IMG/VR virus record: IMGVR_UViG_3300036771_000058
Location: 1-54,935 of that record
From: a virus
Taxonomy: Duplodnaviria; Caudoviricetes
DNA: 54,935 nt
Direction: 5' to 3' (one strand)
The position numbers were made by a program, and so were the translations under genes. A model generated the notes under the pieces. The model was not told the origin of the DNA, searched no databases, and was given only the letters and a program-made list of their open reading frames with translations. Shown in pieces: positions 44,897-54,896 of this stretch (its first letter is position 1; each line of letters opens with the position of its first letter).

Positions 44897-45571
44897 ATGA
44901 GTTATTACGAAGAAGATTTTTATAACGAACCTAGTGAGTTTGAAGAGCAAATTGAAGAGTTTAAATCGAGCTTATTGGATTCAGTAAAAGAGGAATATAA
45001 ATCTAGAATGGAACAACTTGCTAAAGAAAATGCAGAGCTACGAAGTGTTAAAGCTAATTTCGAGGAAATCAAAAGGGATTACGAACGCAAAGAACAGCAA
45101 TTAGAGTGGGATCGAAAAGATTTAGAACGCAAGGTTAAAAGAGAACGAGTGAGCGAGTTGATGAAAGATTTTCAAGCAGAACTTTATACAGTTGCTTCTA
45201 ATGGAAAAACAAAACCTAAATGTGATAAATGCGATGAGAATCGTAGAATACCATACACGACGCCATTAGGAAGAGAAACATATGAGACTTGTGATTGTAG
45301 CTCTAAGATTCCAGTATACGAACCAACTCCTATACAACTGTATACATTTTCTATCAGGAACGGAGAAGGTTTTGCGTGGTACAAAATTCAAGGCGATGCA
45401 CGTGATGAATATTTAAATTACTACGAAGACAGCATTTCAGGAAAAGAATTAATAACAAGTGAAGATCAATTCGAAAGTATTGGCTACACATATAAAACTT
45501 TATTTAAAGATAAAGAAATCGCTCAAAAATATTGCGACTATAAAAACGAACAGATAAGAAAGGAAAATTAA
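44897..45571 (+). CDS. Coiled-coil + Zn-finger hypothetical protein
   Basis: ATG 44897 with RBS; CDKC...CDC. Confidence 0.7.
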   Translation: MSYYEEDFYNEPSEFEEQIEEFKSSLLDSVKEEYKSRMEQLAKENAELRSVKANFEEIKRDYERKEQQLEWDRKDLERKVKRERVSELMKDFQAELYTVASNGKTKPKCDKCDENRRIPYTTPLGRETYETCDCSSKIPVYEPTPIQLYTFSIRNGEGFAWYKIQGDARDEYLNYYEDSISGKELITSEDQFESIGYTYKTLFKDKEIAQKYCDYKNEQIRKEN

Positions 45572-45572
45572 A

Positions 45573-45758
45573 ATGAACCCGTGTTTCGAACCAACATATT
45601 GCAATGACTTAAAAGGAAACAAGTACTTATGTAGATTTGAACATTATGAAGTGGATAGTCGTTTTGAAGGTGAACCGCCTGAATGGAAGGCTGACATCGT
45701 TGAATTAATGCCAATCATCCCTATTTATAAATGTTGGGGAAAAGGAGTAGAGAAGTGA
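45573..45758 (+). CDS. Hypothetical protein
   Basis: ORF in the operon. Confidence 0.55.
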   Translation: MNPCFEPTYCNDLKGNKYLCRFEHYEVDSRFEGEPPEWKADIVELMPIIPIYKCWGKGVEK

Positions 45759-46081
45759 TGGAAGTTTATAGAATAGCAGCTCTTGATGCGATGGGATATA
45801 GCCATGGTGATACGTACTTTTTAGATTATAAAAAAGCTGAAAGTGAGTTTTACAACCAAATTGGCTTAGTTATACAAGATTGTGAGGAACTAGCAGAGCC
45901 AGGAGATATTGACGGAAACTCTCCATGGAAAATAGAGAAAGTTCCTCATAAGGAAAACTTAGTTAAGCGAGCTTACTACCTGATATGGGAAGAAACTTGC
46001 GGATATGAAGGTTGTGAATCGAGCATTATTGGTGAAGAAATTGTATTTGAAAAGATTCAAGTTATTACTGAAACAAAATAA
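45758..46081 (+). CDS. Hypothetical acidic protein
   Basis: TGATG coupling; RBS AAGGAG. Confidence 0.65.
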   Translation: MEVYRIAALDAMGYSHGDTYFLDYKKAESEFYNQIGLVIQDCEELAEPGDIDGNSPWKIEKVPHKENLVKRAYYLIWEETCGYEGCESSIIGEEIVFEKIQVITETK

Positions 46082-46182
46082 AAACCGCCCTACGCCTAGG
46101 ACGGTTTGGAGAAACTATAAGACATAACGCACTTATATTATACCAAATATATTCTCCATAAGTAAATGAGGAGTAGTGGTAA

Positions 46183-46383
46183 ATGATTGAAAACCCGATA
46201 TTAATTGGTAATCCACACGATTCAACTAAAAAGGATTTCATAGACTGTTGTGATGTTTGCGGCGGGGAAATCTACTTCGGCGAAGGATATCTAGATTGTA
46301 ATGGTGATTTCATCCATGCAGAAGCCGATTGCATCAGAAAGTATGTAGAAGACCATTCAGTCAAGAAAGTCGCAGGTGAGTGA
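46183..46383 (+). CDS. Small Zn-binding protein (YqaI-like)
   Basis: MIENP start; CDVC..H..C; precedes yqaJ. Confidence 0.65.
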   Translation: MIENPILIGNPHDSTKKDFIDCCDVCGGEIYFGEGYLDCNGDFIHAEADCIRKYVEDHSVKKVAGE

Positions 46384-47320
46384 GATAGAAGCGAATGTAT
46401 TTATTTCAACGAAGGATATGACACATGAACAATGGCTTGCATCAAGAAAAGCTGGAATCGGCGGTTCTGATGCGGCAGCGATTGCAGGTTTAAATAAATG
46501 GAGCTCTCCAATAGGAGTTTATTACGACAAAATCAGCGAAGACACTGATGATCAGTTACCTAGTGAAGCAGCTTACTTCGGAAATGTATTAGAAGAAATT
46601 GTAGCTGACGAGTTCAGCAAACGGACTAATTTAAAAGTTAGAAAATGCAACGCAATCTTACAACATCCAGAATATCCTTGGATGCTCGCAAATGTGGACA
46701 GGCTTATTGTTGGCGAAGAGCTAGGGCTCGAATGTAAAACCGCATCTGAGTATCTAAAAAAAGAGTGGGAAGACGAAGAGATTCCAGCATCTTATTTAAT
46801 CCAATGTCAACATTACATGGCTGTAACTGGTTATAAATCTTGGTGGATAGCAGTTCTAATTGGAGGCAACAAATTTACATACAAGAAGATAGAGCGCGAT
46901 GAAGACATCATTCAGTACCTAATCGACATCGAAAAAGATTTCTGGTTAAACCATGTTGATAAAGGTATTCCACCAATGTTTGACGGTTCAGAAGCTTCCA
47001 CTTCATTACTAAAAGAAATGTATCCTGAGCCGATTGATGATAGTGAGATTGAGTTAGGGAACGAGATTGAGTTATTAATAGAAGCTCGTAACCAAGTAGA
47101 CAAGGAAATTAAAGTATTAGAGCAACAAAAAACAGAGTACGAAAACAAAATTAAAGCAAAGCTTGGTTCAAATGAGATTGGAAAAACAGAGAACTACAAG
47201 GTTTCTTGGAAGACGCAAATTTCTAACCGGATTGATAGCAAACGATTGAAAGAAGAACAACCAGACTTGTACAAGCAGTATTTAAAACCATCTCAAAGTA
47301 GAAAATTCACAGTTAAATAG
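46376..47320 (+). CDS. YqaJ-like viral recombinase exonuclease
   Basis: WLASRKAGIGGSD, ANVDR, LECKT, QCQHY. Confidence 0.92.
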   Translation: MSEIEANVFISTKDMTHEQWLASRKAGIGGSDAAAIAGLNKWSSPIGVYYDKISEDTDDQLPSEAAYFGNVLEEIVADEFSKRTNLKVRKCNAILQHPEYPWMLANVDRLIVGEELGLECKTASEYLKKEWEDEEIPASYLIQCQHYMAVTGYKSWWIAVLIGGNKFTYKKIERDEDIIQYLIDIEKDFWLNHVDKGIPPMFDGSEASTSLLKEMYPEPIDDSEIELGNEIELLIEARNQVDKEIKVLEQQKTEYENKIKAKLGSNEIGKTENYKVSWKTQISNRIDSKRLKEEQPDLYKQYLKPSQSRKFTVK

Positions 47321-47327
47321 GGAGGAA

Positions 47328-47621
47328 ATGAATATGGAATGCCCATGTTGCGGAGCGGAACTTGAATATCACGATTACTACTATAGAGGGATTTCCGGTA
47401 CAGAAACATTTGAAAAGTTAGGAGATATTTATAAATGCCCTAATTTTGAATGGTTTGAAGATGAGGAAGCTGCAAGAGGATACGTTGAATCTAACAACCT
47501 TGAAATCGGTGAGGGTAAAGACTTTGAAACACTTGAAGAGGTTTGCTGTCAAAGTGCAGAATGGGATGGCAATTTCTATACAGATATGCAGGATGATTTA
47601 TATGAAGGTTATCCTTGCTAA
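47328..47621 (+). CDS. Small Cys-rich acidic protein inserted between yqaJ and recT
   Basis: CPCCG...CPN; RBS GGAGG. Confidence 0.65.
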   Translation: MNMECPCCGAELEYHDYYYRGISGTETFEKLGDIYKCPNFEWFEDEEAARGYVESNNLEIGEGKDFETLEEVCCQSAEWDGNFYTDMQDDLYEGYPC

Positions 47622-47654
47622 ATAAAATTATTAAACATTAGGAGGAAATAAATA

Positions 47655-48482
47655 ATGGCAAACAATGAAACTATTAAAAATCAATTAGCAAGTCGTAAGG
47701 AGACAGCACCAGCATCACCAGAACAAACGGTAGAGGCTTATATGAAAAAGATGGGCCCTAAAATGGCTGAAGCATTACCAAAGCATATGGATATGGATCG
47801 TATGAGCCGTATTGCACTTACAACGATTCGAACAAATCCAACATTACTTGAATGTACAGTACCTTCACTTATGGGAGCGGTTATGCAGGCTGTGCAACTT
47901 GGACTTGAACCAGGATTGTTAGGGCATTGTTACTTAATCCCCTTCAATAAGAACGCTGGAACGAAACAAAACCCTCAATGGGTAAAAGAAGTACAGTTCA
48001 TTATCGGTTACAAGGGGATGATTGATCTTGCTAGACGTTCTGGTCATATCCAAAGCATTTATGCTCATGCTGTGTACGAGAACGATGAATTTGAATACGA
48101 ATTAGGCTTACAACCTACATTAAAGCACAAACCTTCATTTGGAGAACGTGGGGTATTCATTGGAGCTTATGCAGTTGCACATTTTAAAGATGGTGGTTAC
48201 CAAATGGAGTTCATGCCAAAAAGCGAAGTTGAAAAGCGTCGTACTAGAGCGAAATCAAAGAGTTATAGCCCTTGGGATACTGATTATGAAGAAATGGCTA
48301 AGAAAACAGTTGTAAGAGCAATGTTCAAATACCTACCAATCAGTATTGAAGTTCAAACGCAGGCACAGCATGACGAAGTGGTTCGAAAAGATATTACAGC
48401 AGAACCAGAATTTATTGAAGCTGAAGAGGTAAATGATGTCACTACAAATCAAGAACAGCCTGACATCGTAATTGAGCAATGA
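47655..48482 (+). CDS. recT: RecT-family ssDNA annealing protein
   Basis: QLGLEPG..GHCYLIPF, IGYKGMIDLARRSG, EMAKKTV. Confidence 0.93.
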   Translation: MANNETIKNQLASRKETAPASPEQTVEAYMKKMGPKMAEALPKHMDMDRMSRIALTTIRTNPTLLECTVPSLMGAVMQAVQLGLEPGLLGHCYLIPFNKNAGTKQNPQWVKEVQFIIGYKGMIDLARRSGHIQSIYAHAVYENDEFEYELGLQPTLKHKPSFGERGVFIGAYAVAHFKDGGYQMEFMPKSEVEKRRTRAKSKSYSPWDTDYEEMAKKTVVRAMFKYLPISIEVQTQAQHDEVVRKDITAEPEFIEAEEVNDVTTNQEQPDIVIEQ

Positions 48483-48649
48483 TCGATAAACAGACAAGGG
48501 TGCTCCTGCCGCAATGGGTGTGGCAGGAGGCAAATTCAACGGACGAAGTAAAACAAAACGTACTGAAATATATAAATCCGAAACGCTACCCAGGTTATAG
48601 GGTCCTGAAAGTATCGAAAGGATTTGCTATATGTGAGAGGGAGATGTAG

Positions 48650-48892
48650 ATGGAAACGGTATACAGATCAAAACGATATAGTTTCTTAATTCCAAGTAAA
48701 AAGAATGAAAACAAATACTTACGAGATACAAACAAAACGGAAATTGGAAAACGGATATATAAAATGGCGAAAGACGGTTATGAATGTGTATATCCAGTCC
48801 GAAAGGTTGTAAATACGGAAAGAATTCATTTAACTGGCGAAATCGATGAAACAGATTGCTTCTATGAAACGGAAATGAAGAAGGTGAACTAA
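48650..48892 (+). CDS. Hypothetical protein
   Basis: 80-aa ORF with RBS. Confidence 0.55.
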   Translation: METVYRSKRYSFLIPSKKNENKYLRDTNKTEIGKRIYKMAKDGYECVYPVRKVVNTERIHLTGEIDETDCFYETEMKKVN

Positions 48893-49786
48893 ATGAACAG
48901 CAATGTGATGAAAATCGCAAGAATAAACTTACGTGGTAATACGATGGACCAAGGTTGGTTTAAGCACCTTACTTTAGATAACGGTAAGCCATATATGGTT
49001 GCCATTACCGTATTAAGTGAAATCTTTTATTGGTATAAACCAACTGAGATACGCGATGAGAAAACAAATGAAATTCGTTATAAACAAAAATTTAAGGCGG
49101 ACAAGCTTCAAAAGAGTTATCAACAGCTAGCTGACTCATTCGGTTTTACCAAACGGCAAGTATTAGAAGCTTGTAAATACTTACTAAAAAGAAAATTAAT
49201 TTTAATTGAATTTCGCACCATCATAGTTAACGGAACTAGGCTCAACAATGTTATGTATGTAGAACCAATAGTAGAAAATATCCAAAAAATATCCATTTTA
49301 TATCAAGACCCTATCACATTAGAAAGTGATACCCTCCCACATTATAACGAGGGAGGCTCCCACACTGAAAAGGGAGAGGCTCCCTCATTAGAACGTGGGA
49401 CAAATACAGAGATTACTACAGAGACTACAACAAAGAAAAAGACTTCTTGTCAAAAGTTTTCAACTTCCGACCTGGAGAACGCTAAATTGTTATTCGAATT
49501 AATGTTACAAAACAATCCTTCAGCAAAAGAACCTAACTTAGATAAATGGGCGAATGACTTCCGTTTAATGAGGGAACGTGACAATAGAACGGATGAAGCA
49601 ATTAAATACCTGATCAACTGGACACAAAATGATGACTTTTGGAGAACTAACATCCTATCTCCAGCTAAGTTAAGAAAACAGTTTGATGCGTTAGTGGTCA
49701 AAATTAAGAACGAGAAAGAAAAGAACCAGACTAAAGTGATTAAAGGTAAAAAAGAGTTAAGAGAGGAGGACTTTGACCTTGAATAA
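48893..49786 (+). CDS. Lytic replication initiator
   Basis: wHTH N-terminus; C-terminal FWRTNILSPAKLRKQFD; internal iterons. Confidence 0.85.
   Translation: MNSNVMKIARINLRGNTMDQGWFKHLTLDNGKPYMVAITVLSEIFYWYKPTEIRDEKTNEIRYKQKFKADKLQKSYQQLADSFGFTKRQVLEACKYLLKRKLILIEFRTIIVNGTRLNNVMYVEPIVENIQKISILYQDPITLESDTLPHYNEGGSHTEKGEAPSLERGTNTEITTETTTKKKTSCQKFSTSDLENAKLLFELMLQNNPSAKEPNLDKWANDFRLMRERDNRTDEAIKYLINWTQNDDFWRTNILSPAKLRKQFDALVVKIKNEKEKNQTKVIKGKKELREEDFDLE
49309..49400 (+). repeat. Four 23-bp imperfect iterons (lytic origin) inside the initiator gene
   Basis: ccctatcacattagaaagtgata / ccctcccacattataacgaggga / ggctcccacactgaaaagggaga / ggctccctcattagaacgtggga. Confidence 0.75.
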
Positions 49787-50135
49787 GAAGCAAACGTTTG
49801 AATTATTAAAAGCAATTAGTGCATTGTATCCGATATTTGAAGTGACACAAATGAAAATTGATTTATGGACTACTATTCTATCGGAACAAGAATATGAGGA
49901 AATGCTAAAGAACCTTTCTAACTATGCGAAATATAATCAATTTCCTCCTAAACCAGCCGACTTATTAAAAGAAGATCATGAAGTGAAATATACAGGACCG
50001 ACTGTTTTGGAGACAAAAACAATGTTCAGTCGGTGGGATGAAAATAGCAAAGACGTGGCGCCGCCAGAGGAACGGGAAAAGCATTTAAAAGACATAGCGA
50101 AGATATTGGGGATTAAACGGAGGGGAAGTAAATGA
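49773..50135 (+). CDS. Helicase loader/inhibitor (SPP1 G39P-like)
   Basis: YP.F, W, FPPKPADL; between initiator and helicase. Confidence 0.75.
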   Translation: MTLNKKQTFELLKAISALYPIFEVTQMKIDLWTTILSEQEYEEMLKNLSNYAKYNQFPPKPADLLKEDHEVKYTGPTVLETKTMFSRWDENSKDVAPPEEREKHLKDIAKILGIKRRGSK

Positions 50136-51463
50136 CGCAGACACTAGATTACACGGGACTATACAGCATTCAAGCGGAGCAAGGTCTTTTGGGAGGACTA
50201 ATATTAGACCCAGACAAGATAAAAGATGTCAATTTACAACCAGAGCAGATGTATCGTCCTCAACACGTCCATATCTTCCGTACAATGCTCGAAATTGATA
50301 ATGGAAACGAACCGATAGACCTTGTAACAATGACCGCTAGATTGGCTGAGAAAGGGCTTATAGAGGATGTCGGTGGAATCGGATATCTCGCTCAATTATC
50401 TGAGACTACACCAAGTACTTCTAATATTAAATACTATGAAAAAATCGTATGGAGTAAATGGCGAGATCGAGAGGTTGTAAGAAATACAGAAGCGCTGAAA
50501 CAAGCGGTTCATAGCGAAAATGATACAGAACTTGCTATTCAAACTCAAATGGCAGCGCTACTGAATTTAAGTAGGGAAGACAAGAACAGTGACGGGCGAA
50601 TTAAGGATGGACTTATAGAGGTTTTCGGGGAGCTAGAGAATCCGATTCGCGGATTGGCTGGAATGAATACAGGTTTTACGGAACTAAACCGCATGACGGC
50701 AGGATTCAAACCACAGGAGTTCATAATTGTTGCGGCTCGCCCATCTGTAGGGAAGACAGCATTCTGTTTAAACGTAGGAAATAATGCAGCAGGGGAACAA
50801 GGTGAAGGTGATGTGGTTGCTATTTTCTCACTCGAAATGGGAAAAAAAGAACTACTAAAGAGAATGGTCAGTATTAACGGGAACATTGATGGGAATCGCA
50901 TGAAAACAGGGGAGCTAAATCCAGAAGATTGGACGAAGTTAACACAAGCTATGGGAGTTTTGAATAACAAAAACATTCGAATATTCGATGATGCGGGGAT
51001 TTCAACAAATTTCATTTGGTCGAAAGTTAAAAAGTTATGTGACGAGTTTCCAGGCAAACAAATCATGGTAATTATTGATTACTTACAGCTCATAACAGGC
51101 AATCCGGTACATAAAGGGAATCGAACACAAGAAATCGGAGAAATTAGCCGGACACTAAAAACAATGGCTCGCCAATTAAATGTATGTGTGGTCGCTCTAT
51201 CTCAGCTGAGCCGAGGTGTAGAACAACGCCAAGACAAAAGGCCTATGATGTCAGATTTACGCGAGAGCGGGCAAATAGAGCAGGATGCGGACGTCATAGC
51301 GTTCCTATATCGAGAAGATTACTACGACCGAGAAACAGAAAATAAAAACACGATTGAAATCATTATAGGGAAGCAAAGGAATGGCCCTGTTGGATCAGTA
51401 GAATTGGCGTTCATTAAGGAATACGGGAAGTTCGTTAACTTGGAAAGAAGGTTTGAACAATGA
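50132..51463 (+). CDS. Replicative DnaB-family helicase
   Basis: AARPSVGKT, IDYLQL, SQLSR, DLRESGQIEQDAD. Confidence 0.97.
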   Translation: MTQTLDYTGLYSIQAEQGLLGGLILDPDKIKDVNLQPEQMYRPQHVHIFRTMLEIDNGNEPIDLVTMTARLAEKGLIEDVGGIGYLAQLSETTPSTSNIKYYEKIVWSKWRDREVVRNTEALKQAVHSENDTELAIQTQMAALLNLSREDKNSDGRIKDGLIEVFGELENPIRGLAGMNTGFTELNRMTAGFKPQEFIIVAARPSVGKTAFCLNVGNNAAGEQGEGDVVAIFSLEMGKKELLKRMVSINGNIDGNRMKTGELNPEDWTKLTQAMGVLNNKNIRIFDDAGISTNFIWSKVKKLCDEFPGKQIMVIIDYLQLITGNPVHKGNRTQEIGEISRTLKTMARQLNVCVVALSQLSRGVEQRQDKRPMMSDLRESGQIEQDADVIAFLYREDYYDRETENKNTIEIIIGKQRNGPVGSVELAFIKEYGKFVNLERRFEQ

Positions 51464-51729
51464 GAAGTCAACTAAGCTTTGACGACATATTGGGTACTTT
51501 CGATTACAAAGCAAAGAGCACATCAGAGCGATTCCTAGCAAAGACACCCGTCATAACGACATACGCTGTGGATTTTTATAAGGATCAAAGGCAAAGCATT
51601 GATTGGTTTGAGGCTAATAATAGCAATGAAGCAGAAGCTGCGGCAAAAGGGAAGCACGGTTACAAAATACAAATCGTAAAAATTTACAAGTCTGATAGAT
51701 CAATTAAGGAAATTATGGAGCTAGATTAG
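51460..51729 (+). CDS. Hypothetical protein
   Basis: Coupled ORF. Confidence 0.6.
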   Translation: MRSQLSFDDILGTFDYKAKSTSERFLAKTPVITTYAVDFYKDQRQSIDWFEANNSNEAEAAAKGKHGYKIQIVKIYKSDRSIKEIMELD

Positions 51730-51741
51730 GAGGAATGAAAA

Positions 51742-51927
51742 ATGAAGAAAAAAGAGTTAAAGCAAGTGACGAATAAAGTAGCAAAAAATCTATATGACGA
51801 TGTTGTGTCCATGGATTATGACAACAAGCATTTTATCGGGATAAAGAAACATATAGCGCCACTAATCAGGATCATAAAATCCCAAATGAGAGAAATTGAG
51901 CAATTAAAAAAATCAGGAAACGTTTGA
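51742..51927 (+). CDS. Hypothetical protein
   Basis: RBS AGGAGG. Confidence 0.6.
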   Translation: MKKKELKQVTNKVAKNLYDDVVSMDYDNKHFIGIKKHIAPLIRIIKSQMREIEQLKKSGNV

Positions 51928-51958
51928 AATCTTTGCACTAGTTTAGGAGGGAGAAGGA

Positions 51959-52411
51959 ATGGCTTTAGATCGGTGGTTAACTGATGAAGAATATGCAAGG
52001 GCAGCAGCTAACGGTGTAAACAGAGAAAGATTGAACAGTCGTGTCTATGATTTTGAATGGGATTTAGAGTTAGCGATATCAGCTCCACTTGGTACGGTTA
52101 GACACGAATACGAAAGGAAATATGCAAAATGGATCAAAGTAGCGTTGGAAAATGGAATAAACAGCAGCACCTTTTACAGTAGATTAAATATTCTTGGCTG
52201 GGAATGTCAAAAAGCAGCAACAACACCTACGAGAAATAAGAACAAAGCAGAAAAAATGTGGTTAAACATTGCGAAACAAAATGGGATTAGCTATCAAACT
52301 TTCATGTCGCGAATTCATACCCGGAAATGGGATTTAGAAAAAGCAGCAACAACACCACCAATCAATACAGGAAGACGTTGCTCAGTAAAAGTTAAGGAGG
52401 AAGCGTTGTGA
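51959..52411 (+). CDS. Triple-repeat HTH protein (PVL orf50 / SA1788-like)
   Basis: Three A..NGI....F.SR....W....A.T.P repeats. Confidence 0.75.
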   Translation: MALDRWLTDEEYARAAANGVNRERLNSRVYDFEWDLELAISAPLGTVRHEYERKYAKWIKVALENGINSSTFYSRLNILGWECQKAATTPTRNKNKAEKMWLNIAKQNGISYQTFMSRIHTRKWDLEKAATTPPINTGRRCSVKVKEEAL

Positions 52412-52827
52412 AATATTATGGCCCTGTTATTACTGATGAAGATTACGAGAAGGCTGCTAAAAATGGGATTAGCAAAATGAATGTGTATCTACGAGTTAAC
52501 AAGCGTGGATGGGAGATAGAACGCGCTATAACGGTACCAGTTAGAAAGAAAAAATGTACAACTGGAATTAGTTCCGGAATGAAAAAACTTGCGGAACAGA
52601 ACGGAATTAGTCATACAACTTTATACAAAAGGCTTAAAAGTGGGATGAACCATTATGAAGCAGTAACAACACCAAAGAAACACAAAAAATGGGAATCTTT
52701 AATAAAAATAGCTCAGAAAAATGGAATAAGCGCATCTTCATTTTACGCAAGAATGGATAGAGGGATAGATCCTTACGAAGCGGCAACAAAACCACCGCGT
52801 AAATACAAGAAGAAGCAGATAAGCTAG
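52408..52827 (+). CDS. Paralogous triple-repeat HTH protein
   Basis: Same repeat pattern. Confidence 0.75.
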   Translation: MKYYGPVITDEDYEKAAKNGISKMNVYLRVNKRGWEIERAITVPVRKKKCTTGISSGMKKLAEQNGISHTTLYKRLKSGMNHYEAVTTPKKHKKWESLIKIAQKNGISASSFYARMDRGIDPYEAATKPPRKYKKKQIS

Positions 52828-52838
52828 GAGGAGAAAAA

Positions 52839-53048
52839 ATGAAAGAGTTAGACGTGTTTTTTGAAGCTTTAAAAGAAGAATTGAATGGAGAGCAAATGGA
52901 AGTTGGGGATGAATTCGTGTACACATGCAACAATGCGGTTGTCATTTACAACATGGATTATAACGAAAAGAAAGAAAAAACATTAGGAATCCGTATTATT
53001 GGTGGAAAGGCAGTTCACATAGATACTGAATTACCGATTTTCGAATAG
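52839..53048 (+). CDS. Hypothetical protein
   Basis: RBS AGGAGG. Confidence 0.6.
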   Translation: MKELDVFFEALKEELNGEQMEVGDEFVYTCNNAVVIYNMDYNEKKEKTLGIRIIGGKAVHIDTELPIFE

Positions 53049-53056
53049 GAGGCAAC

Positions 53057-53200
53057 ATGGAGCAAGAGCAAGACGTTTTAATCAACAAATTAATCGATAA
53101 TCACATATTCAAGCTACCGGATGGGCGCGATCTCTTTGAGGGGAGTTGCGAGGAACTGGCGTGGCTTTTGGAAAGGGATGGAGAGAATGATTCAGTATAG
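53057..53200 (+). CDS. FbpA-like small protein (47 aa)
   Basis: Hand-translated LINKLIDNHIFKLPDGRDLFEG..EEL. Confidence 0.55.
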   Translation: MEQEQDVLINKLIDNHIFKLPDGRDLFEGSCEELAWLLERDGENDSV

Positions 53201-53627
53201 AGCATGGGATAACGTAGATAAAAAAATGTATTACACGGGAGAAGAAGACAATATTCACTTTTACTTTGATAGTAACGGAATTGTCGCTGAAAGATTTTTC
53301 AATACAATAGTACAAACAGTCGAAGGTGATCAATATGAGTGTGGAGATAGTGAAGTATTGTATCATCTCCAATACATGCAGTACACAGGGCTGAATGACC
53401 AAAAAGGAAATCCAATTTATGGGGGCGACATCGTTTACCAAACATTTTATGACCACCGTGTAGAAGAGGCGCATGGATTTACTGGTGTAGTTAAGCAAGA
53501 AGAGGGCGTCTGGTGGATTGATAACGAGGTAGATAATGCGGTGCGATTGTGGAGTGAATTGAATTTAAACCATATAAAAGGAAACAAGTTTGAAAATCCA
53601 GAGTTATTACAAGGGGGTAACAAGTGA
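53187..53627 (+). CDS. YopX-family protein
   Basis: YRAWD, MQYTGL.D.KG..IY.GDI, GN.FENPELL. Confidence 0.9.
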   Translation: MIQYRAWDNVDKKMYYTGEEDNIHFYFDSNGIVAERFFNTIVQTVEGDQYECGDSEVLYHLQYMQYTGLNDQKGNPIYGGDIVYQTFYDHRVEEAHGFTGVVKQEEGVWWIDNEVDNAVRLWSELNLNHIKGNKFENPELLQGGNK

Positions 53628-53956
53628 TGAGGGAAGCGATCCAAGAGTACATCGAACAGTTGCAACAATCGGCAGTGGAGAACAGAAAAGAAGCTGATAA
53701 GGCTTTTGATAGCGGAGATTTAGGTTTATCAGGATTCCATAAAGGGCAGCGGCACACATTCGAAGGGACGGCAATTGCATTAATGACTATCTTATCTAAA
53801 TACAGAAATCACGAAATGACTGAATTTCAAGGTAATGTATTTGCTAATTACGCAACAAATAAAGGAGAGAATGATATGAAATATACACAGCATGGAACGT
53901 TTGAAATTACTAAATTACTAGCAGAAGCAAAGGAGAATGAAGAGAATGGCAACTAA
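53624..53956 (+). CDS. Hypothetical protein
   Basis: Coupled ORF. Confidence 0.55.
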   Translation: MMREAIQEYIEQLQQSAVENRKEADKAFDSGDLGLSGFHKGQRHTFEGTAIALMTILSKYRNHEMTEFQGNVFANYATNKGENDMKYTQHGTFEITKLLAEAKENEENGN

Positions 53957-54200
53957 GATCATTATGTACACTGGTGAAAATTGCGGTAAATGTATGAGGG
54001 CAAAGGCTATGTTGAGTAGTCTTCCTTCTGGGATTGAATTAGAACTAATTGAGAAAAACATAGATGAGCAAATATGTTATAAAAACGAAGCTATTGAAAA
54101 AGGTATTAAAACTTTACCTACTTTCCAATTAGATAATGGAGAAATGTTGTTTGGTTTTGATGAAAACATCGGAAAAATTATGGAGCATTTAGGACTGTAG
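53946..54200 (+). CDS. Glutaredoxin / NrdH-like redoxin
   Basis: MYTGENCGKC active-site CxxC and TLPT cis-Pro motif. Confidence 0.85.
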   Translation: MATKIIMYTGENCGKCMRAKAMLSSLPSGIELELIEKNIDEQICYKNEAIEKGIKTLPTFQLDNGEMLFGFDENIGKIMEHLGL

Positions 54201-54392
54201 GAGGGATTGCATGAAGAAAGAAACTGCGGTGCAGGTGCAAAGTGAACTTCAAGTAGTAGAAAGCGAGATTCGTAAGATGGAATATCACTTGGTGGGATTG
54301 GATAACGAGAAACGGAAGACGAAACTTTCCTTGGAAGTGTTGAAGAAACAAAAAGAGAAATTGAAAAGTTACTTATAAGGAGCGGATAGGAA

Positions 54393-54896
54393 ATGCATTT
54401 ACGAGTGAAGATTAAGAGATTGAAAGATGTAGAGTTACCGAAATACGCTAAGCTAGGCGATGCTGGTTTTGATCTAGTTGCAGCGGAGGACACAATTATA
54501 CAACCAGAAGGAACAGTGGTTGTGCCAACTGGATTAGCTTTTGAAATTCCGCCAGGATATGAATTGCAGGTGAGACCTAGAAGTGGAATATCACTTAACA
54601 CAGATTTAACAGTAATTCTTGGGACGGTTGATTCAGCGTATCGCGGAGAAGTTGGAGTTATAACAAAAAATTTACGAACAATGACAGGAACACTAACGGA
54701 TTATTTACGAACTATCGATGATGATTTTGTTCAAGCGGATGGATTATATCTAGAGGGGGCTTATATTATCCGAAAAGGTGACCGCATCGCTCAAGGCGTC
54801 ATAGCTCCAGTGGAAACAGCTCATTTTGTTGAGGTGGATAAACTGTCAGAAAGTGATCGTGATTCAAGTGGGTTTGGGTCTACCGGCGTCAAATGA
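54393..54896 (+). CDS. dut: dUTPase, allele B (divergent from allele A)
   Basis: AGFDL, RPRSG, GTVDSAYRG, GFGSTG. Confidence 0.95.
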   Translation: MHLRVKIKRLKDVELPKYAKLGDAGFDLVAAEDTIIQPEGTVVVPTGLAFEIPPGYELQVRPRSGISLNTDLTVILGTVDSAYRGEVGVITKNLRTMTGTLTDYLRTIDDDFVQADGLYLEGAYIIRKGDRIAQGVIAPVETAHFVEVDKLSESDRDSSGFGSTGVK

